Of a stretch of DNA of 64,000 nucleotides, positions 57,222 through 64,000 are shown in pieces. Position 1 is the first letter of the stretch. Each line of letters begins with the position of its first letter. The translations under genes were made by a program, and so were the position numbers. A model generated the notes under the pieces. It saw nothing but the letters and a program-made list of their open reading frames with translations. It made no database searches and had not been told where the DNA came from. The stretch covers positions 124,001 to 188,000 of the forward strand of contig QPMI01000439.1 of NCBI GenBank assembly GCA_004431415.1, read 5' to 3'. Source of the stretch: Cyanophora paradoxa CCMP329. Taxonomy: Eukaryota; Plantae; Glaucophyta.

Positions 57222-60200
57222 TTATGCTGTTGCTATCCAATGAATATACACCGTGAAGCTTGTAGGGTAAAGTGTATTCCAACCCACAACCCAAACTTGC
57301 ACATTGACTGTTGTTGATGTTGTTGAGTTGTTGGTAATTGCAATTTTATATCCGAGATCAGTGCAATCCGCAAGTAATCCTTGCATATTTGTAACAACAG
57401 AGGGTGTAGTTGAAAATGCTGGACTCCAATTGAGAGTGAAAGTAAAATTTGGTCTTGCAGTTGCTGAATTGTTCATCTGTTGAGGATTAGTTATGGCTAA
57501 TGCTGTGATCCCTTTTCTCATTCCATTAGTGGTGTAATCATCGAAAACATATTGGGGCATCAATTTTGTCACCTTAGAGTTGTCCCGAGGATCCCTTACC
57601 CACATTTCCCTTGCATATGCATTACCACGAACAAGTAGTGTTTTATCCTGATAGTATGATATATGATTCGTTGAAAGGGTTGAATTGTGGAAATTCCAAA
57701 TGACAGGAGGATCAGGCATAATATTTGGGTCATAATCGAGAAAGTAACCTGATCCAATAAGAAGGTTTGCATTTGCTGTGATACTATTGGCTGTGAAGGG
57801 ATCGAGGGTGGGTTTATTGGTTAGATCATTGTAGTTCCCTGAGAAAATTGCTGGTTTGTTATAAATATCAGTATTCCAATCATGAGTGTGTGCAAAATCT
57901 GTAATCTCTGCCTTAGTGTGGGTGTGACCTACATATGCAACATTTCCAAGATCTGTAATCTCTGCCTTAGTGTGAGTGTGACCAACATATGCAACATTTC
58001 CGAGATCTAAGATCTCTGATTTAACATGAGTGTGAGCGAAATTCGTGATATCTGCTCGGGTGTGATAGTGTGCAAAATCTGTTATTTGGGACTTCGTGTG
58101 AGTGTGTGCAAAATCTGTGATCTCAGCCTTTGTGTGGGTGTGTGCCCTATTATTTAAATGGAGGAAATTTCCTGAATAGGCAACAGGGTGAAGGTTCTCA
58201 GCAGTAGGCTTGTTTAAAAGATCATTATAATCTCCTGTGAAAGAGATTATTTTCAGTTCACCCCGTCCAACATAATCGGAAGGGAGATCGATTTTTATGG
58301 GCATAATAGCAGGATCAATAGGAATCTCGTACTCAGCTCCTGGGTGAACCACAGGAAGGTCTGATCACTTTCAGTGTGAACAAAAAAGTTGTCAGCAGTC
58401 ACTGTTCCGTCAATAGTTCCTCCTGTCAAGGGCAGGTAATTCCCTGTCACAGCTAGACCTGCAATAACTAAAGCGAGCTCTGTTTCATCTACATAATTTT
58501 GGGCTTGAAGGTAATCCTCTGTGACCACTCTGGATATAGTCTCGTTGTGAATGTTTTTTGCTGCTGCCCTCTGATTAATTTCTAAAATGCCCTGCCCAAC
58601 TCCACCGTTATAGTTCGTTTTTATCCATGCTATTTCGCATTTCTTATAATCATCTCGATTTCCTATCAGAGCATTGGGTAAAAGGCGTTCACGGCTAAAA
58701 ACTAATTTCGGTCTCGATGAATCTAAATCGCTAACATCTGTTACATTAATCTGGATTGCAGAATGAAAATCAGCATGGGAGAGAGGATCCAACGGCAGTG
58801 AAGGCAAAGGAGGTAGAACAGATGTCATTTCGATGTCAGAGGCGTAGTAGTTTGTGACATAAATACTTGGGAACGTGTCCTGCAAACCAATATTCCCGCC
58901 AGCAGCAACTATCTCCATTCCACGGGGAATCCTTACAAACAAAGAGCCTGACATGTCAGTGTTAGCACGAATTCCCTGCCTGTGGACATAGTGGTCATTC
59001 AAATATAACCTTTCAGGGGTGTTAATTGATTTGTAGAGAGAGACAGCTAGTGTGACAGGAAGCTCAATCTTTGCGAACTCGGGCTGCTCATCTATTTCGC
59101 TCCAAATGTGTCTGTGATCTTCCGGTGGAAATTCAAGCGGAACATTATCAAGGTCACCCCAGTCGTGTCTATGATCCTCTGGGGGGAACCGTAAAGGCTT
59201 ATTATCGATCTCAGCCCAATCATGTCTGTGATCCTCTGGGGAAACCGCAACGGTTTATTATCGATTTCATCCCAATCATGCCTGTGTTCCTCTGGTGGAA
59301 AACTCCCAGGTTTATTGGTTATTGATTCCCAATCTACGGTGAACTCCAAGGGAAGAGAATAGGTTCAAAGCCGTCTGGAAGCAGCTGCTCATGTGGAATC
59401 ACAGGTTGCTCGTACTGGAGTTCTTGAACATCTAAGCCATCAGGAAGTAACTGCTCTTCAGGCTCTGTGTACATTTCGAGCGGGAAAACTTCAATATCAG
59501 GCGGCAGGTATTCTTCATGCGGATGCTTATAGCGTTCTATCACGGGGCGATTCCTGACAGCCTCCCACGAAATAATATTTTGCCCGAATGGAATTGTTTC
59601 ATCTGCAACTCTCTCACGACCTGGCCCTTCAGGGTTTGGCTTCGGTAGCCCTGGAAGAGGTGGTATAGGTGGTATAGGGACAATAGGTCCGAAGTAGTAG
59701 TTGAAAATGTTTATTATCTCCGGTTCAGTGATGACCTTTTTTCCATCTTGGTAAATCGACGTGCCGTGAATATTTCGCCACTGCCTGGTGCGAAGCCCTA
59801 GGTCATATCTATCATGCAATGCCGGGAGCAGGTGTCTGTCAGCTTCCATCAGGATCGAGCCAAAGGTGCATCCAGGAATATCTAACCTGGTGGCTGGCTC
59901 GGTATCGATTTGATTTACATCAAAACCGTATAAAATATTTGCTTCTCGTGCAGCTGTAAAAAGTAAATCCCAGGGAAACGGCTGGATTTGTGATGCTAGC
60001 ACTGATATTCCTGCATCTTCGCCAAGGAGAATTCGCCCTGTAATGTGAGCCGCAGTCTTGTTTGTGACAGCATTGGATTCATCAATTAGGCGTAGAGCTG
60101 ATGTGTGGACCCCTCTATCATTTTGGAGCCTAAAGATTAATCTACCAGAATCATACTTGGAAACAGTGCCTGAGGAGGCAATTCGCAGGTGCCGCGGCAA

Positions 60201-60455
60201 CGCCCTGGATCCAATTATTTCAGCAACATAGTTCTCAGCTGGACCTAGACAAAATCTCTGTGCAATGTCCGGGGCGCCAACATGTGAGTTGCGCAGAATT
60301 AACGCAGCTGGGCGATTAAACTCGGTCTGGTGTATATCTTTGTCAGCATTGTAGTCAATTAGAGTACTCCCAAATACGCGAATATTTATATGCCGATCAT
60401 CCACAAAATCTGGAGCTTTACGAAGTGGCACTGGCTTCTTCAAGATGTAGGACAT
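57222..60455 (-). CDS. Long phage-type fibre protein (~1,078 aa after correcting three 1-nt frameshifts)
   Basis: ORFs 59334-60455, 59092-59349, 58295-59002 and 57222-58352 join by single-base insertions near 59350, 59240 and 58355. Contains DWxEIDNKPxxFPPEDHRH x4, HTHTKAEITD-type repeats, G[DN]YNDL.NKP, and a C-terminal beta-rich head (FSTTPSVV..IHWIA). Confidence 0.8.
57880..58145 (-). repeat. Coding tandem repeats H[TY]HTKAEITD(F/LGNVAYVG)
   Basis: About 7 HxH units, including a near-identical 51-bp duplication. Confidence 0.9.
59095..59335 (-). repeat. Coding 57-bp tandem repeats (DWxEIDNKPLRFPPEDHRH) x4
   Basis: Visible once the frameshift near 59240 is corrected. Confidence 0.85.
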
Positions 60456-60479
60456 TTTTATATAAGCCCCCTTTTAAAA

Positions 60480-61964
60480 ATGAAGGTCATTCTCTCACTA
60501 TCAGGTGGAGGTGCTCGTGGAATAGTCATAACCCGAATTCTACAGCGGATTGAGGCGATTACTGGGAAAGCAATACCACAGCTGTTTGATTTCTTTGCAG
60601 GCACCTCAACAGGGGCAATAATAGCGGCCGGATTGGCGATCCCATCAACTCCAGGCTCTGTTCTTGCTTACCGATATTCTGCAGGTGATATCTTGAGTCT
60701 ATATCAAACGAACCTGCCAACAATATTTGCAAATCCAAGATCACTGACAAGCTTGCTCTCAGGAAGCCGCTATGATGCAAATCCTCTGGAGTCGGTGCTT
60801 ACAGACGTTGCCCTGGACTACACAATTGCAGAATCGACAAAAGACGTATTAATTACAGCGTTTGATACAGTTCGGATGCAGCCAGTAGTTTTTACGAAGG
60901 ATGGGCCATATTCAAGCACGCTGATTCGTGATGCAGTGAGAGCATCTTCTGCAGCGCCTACATTCTTTCCACCGAAGGTTCTAGGGGACAAAAACCTTGT
61001 TGACGGGGCGATAGCCTGTTTGAATAATCCCTCAGTTGCTGCACTCAGCCACGCCAGTAAAATTTACGATGCAGAAGATCCAATTGTTCTTGTGAGCATT
61101 AGCTGTGGTGAGGTCCAAGCCAGTGAGCAATTGACTGCAGGCTTTTCGAATTCGGAGACGTCAGGCTGGGGCGCTCTGGGCTGGATCCTATCCCTCTCAG
61201 GCAGCCCAATCATTTCTATGCTAATGTCAGGTAGCGAGCTGGAATCGCACTTTCAAATGCAGGAACTGCTTCCAGTTGATGCAGATAGGAATCTAACTAG
61301 ATACTGGCGTTTAAGTGTTCCGCTGCCAGCTGCAGTCATGAGCAAGCTTGATGATGCCTCCCCATCGAATATTTCTTATTTGATTTCCACAACAGATTTA
61401 TGGCTGAAACAAATCGAAATAAATGCTAAAATAAATGCACTCTGCAGCTTTCTATTGGCGAACTACGACCTACTGAACGATGAGAGACTAATCATATCGT
61501 CTACTTTAACAGTTGAGCCGCCATTTGATGTAAACTGGTTTATAATTCCAGATGCAAACATCATAAGCAACGACTTTGAGGAATTGCACCCACCTTCTCA
61601 TGTGCGACCCAACTCAACAGGGTTCCAAGGTGGCACTCTACCTAATCCCTGGATCAGAGTCGAATTTCCAAAGCCTTTTGAGCTACATCAAATCATTATG
61701 TATGGGCCAGCCTTTGCTGCCGGAGTCCTATTTAATTTCAGCATTCTGACCAACTTAGGATATTTACGAGACGGGTCACTATTTGAGAATACGGTCCTAG
61801 CAAATGTGCTTGCTGCAAACCCATCTATGACAGGCTTTGATCTAATGCATAGTGACTCGCATTTGATCACCCCACAGGTTTATAACTATGTGCAAATTAT
61901 AACAAACGAATTTATAAATGTGAATGCGTTCCGGCTTGATTTCCGGGGACGTTACCTAAACTAA
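60480..61964 (+). CDS. Patatin-like phospholipase with C-terminal discoidin/galactose-binding-like extension
   Basis: ILSLSGGGARG, AGTSTG, RASSAAPTFFPP and LVDGA. The tail has NPWIRVEF..LHQIIMYG..YVQI..LDFRG. ATG 60480 is in an AAAAATG context. Confidence 0.92.
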   Translation: MKVILSLSGGGARGIVITRILQRIEAITGKAIPQLFDFFAGTSTGAIIAAGLAIPSTPGSVLAYRYSAGDILSLYQTNLPTIFANPRSLTSLLSGSRYDANPLESVLTDVALDYTIAESTKDVLITAFDTVRMQPVVFTKDGPYSSTLIRDAVRASSAAPTFFPPKVLGDKNLVDGAIACLNNPSVAALSHASKIYDAEDPIVLVSISCGEVQASEQLTAGFSNSETSGWGALGWILSLSGSPIISMLMSGSELESHFQMQELLPVDADRNLTRYWRLSVPLPAAVMSKLDDASPSNISYLISTTDLWLKQIEINAKINALCSFLLANYDLLNDERLIISSTLTVEPPFDVNWFIIPDANIISNDFEELHPPSHVRPNSTGFQGGTLPNPWIRVEFPKPFELHQIIMYGPAFAAGVLFNFSILTNLGYLRDGSLFENTVLANVLAANPSMTGFDLMHSDSHLITPQVYNYVQIITNEFINVNAFRLDFRGRYLN

Positions 61965-62846
61965 AAATTGCAGTTCACCAGACCATGGCAGGCCATTCAG
62001 AGAGACGTCATCACCATCTCTGTCGACAATGCGCAGTCGCAAAGAGGTCAGCACCAGACGTTCTTCGATGGGGATCCACTCGCCGTCGTGTTCCTGATTT
62101 ATATAAACGAACTTGCCAACATCCTGGCTCATCTGGATTCGAGCAAGCCCGTAGTTGCACATTGTTTTGGCCCCACGGCGAAGCTTTGAAGCAAACGGCC
62201 GTAGCTCTTCGCAGACAAGGAAGAGGTACTGGTCGCTGTTCATGTCGATTATCTTTGGAAATTCGACAGCATAACCAAGTGGCTCACTCCGCATTCTTCC
62301 GGTGAAATCAATGCCATACTCAGGGTGAGCAGGTGTAACTGGAATGCCAGCAACCTCGAGATACCGCTCAGCTGCAGTTGCTGGTCTTTGCCCCCCTTCA
62401 AGCACGATAGGAGACAGCTGGAGGGACTCATTTCGGTTCAGCCCCAGCAGGTTCGATAGAGCTTTGAACTGGCAGGTCAGTGTGCAGGAACGGTTGCAAT
62501 AGGCAGACATCTTCAGTGTCTCTGGGTCCCGAAACAATTTGAAATATGCGATTGAGATCCCTTCTAGCCTAATATTAAACGAGAGGCCGAAGTTGAAAAG
62601 ATCTGTCTCTCCATAATTTGCAGTCGTAATTATGCCTGGCTCAAAAACCTCCACATTTTCTGTTCCAATATAAGGAAAGGTGATCGAAAGATACTCATCT
62701 TTAATGCTCGTGTAAAGGCTATTTGCGAACTCACACTGGGTAAGTCGAACAGCAACTGGATTGATTATAGGTTCATTGATTTCGAGCACAAAGTTTGCCT
62801 CTGAATCGATTGGCCTTCTGTCTCTGCTGTCAAAGGTTAGCCGCAT
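61956..62846 (-). CDS. Minor capsid (penton, single jelly-roll)-like protein 1
   Basis: FDSRDR..FVLEINEPI.N..VRL..EFANS..YLFLVCEEL..LARIQM..LRLRIVDRDG..LNGLPWSGELQF matches the PLV/NCLDV penton pattern. Confidence 0.8.
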   Translation of the reverse strand: MRLTFDSRDRRPIDSEANFVLEINEPIINPVAVRLTQCEFANSLYTSIKDEYLSITFPYIGTENVEVFEPGIITTANYGETDLFNFGLSFNIRLEGISIAYFKLFRDPETLKMSAYCNRSCTLTCQFKALSNLLGLNRNESLQLSPIVLEGGQRPATAAERYLEVAGIPVTPAHPEYGIDFTGRMRSEPLGYAVEFPKIIDMNSDQYLFLVCEELRPFASKLRRGAKTMCNYGLARIQMSQDVGKFVYINQEHDGEWIPIEERLVLTSLRLRIVDRDGDDVSLNGLPWSGELQFLV

Positions 62847-62873
62847 TTTTATTCTCTAACTGATATAAAAAAG

Positions 62874-63830
62874 ATGCCGACGGACTACGTCTGCATTGCA
62901 AGTCACCAAGCGGAGGAGCTGACATCCACCTCGAAATTTAAAGTAAGACTGCCTAAAGTTTATCAGGATGTGAAAGCTGTGCGCTTGGTATCAGCTGAGA
63001 TCCCCAACACTATGAGCACAATTGATGTACTCGATCCGGCAGAGGATTTGGTCTTTGACACCTACATATATTGGTGCAAATATGATCCTACTAATGAAGG
63101 ACCCGACCCACCTCAGGCCGGCTTTGGAGCGTGGAATAACATTGCAATTCCACCTGGAAATTACGACGTCACCTCGCTTGTGACAGAGATAAACGAAAGG
63201 TTGACGGGAACAGGTATCACGTGCACGTATAATTCAGCGATCAAATTAATAGGGTTCACAGCTAACTTCGAGTTCTTTATTGCTCTGATGTTGCCAACGA
63301 ACCAGGGTGGGCGGGAAGTCAGAAACTACCAGGCCGTTGCAAGGGCTCAGCGAACTGCAAAGCTTCTAGGGCTGCGATCAATTCTACCGATTCGGTCAAA
63401 GACATTATCTATAAATACTGAATATATAGCAGGCGCTTATGAGCCTGATGTCACTCCCGATGATCATGTGCTCCTACGCATTCCTGAAATTGGTGACCTT
63501 GTCAGTATGCCCAATACTTCAATACCTGGCTTCTTTGCCAAAATTAGCATTCCAAACAGCCTTCGTCCAGGCGAGATAGCATACTTTGATTCAACTGAAG
63601 CAACTCCTTTGTACAAGTATGTTTATTCAAAGCTGGACCTCTACTCTGTGACTATTGAGATTTACGATTTTATGCAGCGAATCGCTGATTTAAATGGAGC
63701 TCCTGTGTCATTTATTCTCGAAATTCGTTATGGTCCAGACGAACCCAATGGTGATGTTGTCTACGAGCTCGCAAAGCTTCAGCTCCAGAAAAGATCGAAG
63801 ACATATCCTTGGATCAATTCGTCAAACTGA
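62874..63830 (+). CDS. Minor capsid (penton)-like protein 2
   Basis: FKVRLPKVYQDVKAVRLVSAEIPNT..IPPGNYDVTSLVTEIN..LLGL..VLLRIPEI..FAKI..IEIYD..DLNG..SFILEI. Confidence 0.82.
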   Translation: MPTDYVCIASHQAEELTSTSKFKVRLPKVYQDVKAVRLVSAEIPNTMSTIDVLDPAEDLVFDTYIYWCKYDPTNEGPDPPQAGFGAWNNIAIPPGNYDVTSLVTEINERLTGTGITCTYNSAIKLIGFTANFEFFIALMLPTNQGGREVRNYQAVARAQRTAKLLGLRSILPIRSKTLSINTEYIAGAYEPDVTPDDHVLLRIPEIGDLVSMPNTSIPGFFAKISIPNSLRPGEIAYFDSTEATPLYKYVYSKLDLYSVTIEIYDFMQRIADLNGAPVSFILEIRYGPDEPNGDVVYELAKLQLQKRSKTYPWINSSN

Positions 63831-63874
63831 GCTAAGCTCCAAATTATTTTCTTTCACTGCAATTATATAAATCG

Positions 63875-64000
63875 ATGGATGTTACTCAAAATTTGCAGCG
63901 GCTCGGCCTCAAGGAGCTCCTGACAACTCCGCAGGAAGCTAAGGACTTTTTCATGAACAATGAGCTTATGTTAGGTCTAACCAGCCAAACAAAGCCTGTG
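63875..64000 (+). CDS. Viral ORF, 5' end only
   Basis: ATG follows TATATAA; open to the window end (MDVTQNLQRLGLKELL...). Confidence 0.55.
   Translation, partial: MDVTQNLQRLGLKELLTTPQEAKDFFMNNELMLGLTSQTKPV

Larger units (their letters stand above)
51830..64000. mobile_element. Endogenous dsDNA virus (Polinton-like virus/virophage/NCLDV-related), left portion
   Basis: Abrupt fall in GC, loss of introns, and ORFs packed with mostly 20-60-nt AT-rich spacers. Encodes penton-like, fibre, patatin and HNH-AP2 genes. Left boundary is approximate (51811-51840); the right end is outside the window. Confidence 0.88.

Noticed and set aside
57880-59335. CRISPR-like repeat array
   Set aside because: Repeats are in-frame coding units with synonymous variation and no unique spacers.
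51830-64000. Bacterial or prophage contamination
   Set aside because: Penton-like genes, A-rich ATG contexts without consistent Shine-Dalgarno sites and a junction inside a host exon favour a eukaryotic virus. Read support is still needed.
1-64000. tRNA, rRNA or other ncRNA genes
   Set aside because: None recognised by eye; tRNAscan-SE/Infernal would be needed to exclude them.

Overview
Eukaryotic genomic DNA in two compartments. (1) ~1-51,830 is very GC-rich and intron-dense, from a flagellated protist or alga. RIB43A, AP2 domains, a CBM20 protein and a Phe-initiated presequence suggest an archaeplastid, possibly a glaucophyte (inference only). Reconstructed spliced genes: a CBM20/coiled-coil/7xFN3 protein, a CCCH zinc-finger protein, Mpv17/PMP22, leukotriene-A4-hydrolase-like M1 aminopeptidase, a Pro-rich unknown, a Tim17-like protein, RIB43A, an SLC25 carrier, an SK-type K+ channel, a BOR1/SLC4 transporter and a 3xAP2 protein. 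Many introns use GC donors and carry degenerate 'echo' copies of the preceding exon end. A CACTA-like MITE lies at 2404-2644. (2) ~51,830-64,000 is an AT-richer, intronless, gene-dense endogenous DNA virus (Polinton-like virus/virophage/NCLDV-type; only the left part is visible) that starts inside the last visible exon of the 3xAP2 gene. It encodes two penton-like minor capsid proteins, a patatin lipase with a discoidin-like tail and a ~1,080-aa phage-type fibre broken by three 1-nt frameshifts. It also has four paralogous fibre-like proteins sharing an N-terminal module but carrying two head types, a phage-like accessory protein, and a free-standing HNH-AP2 endonuclease whose AP2 domain resembles the adjacent host AP2 repeats. 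All gene models and family calls were made by eye; no searches were run.
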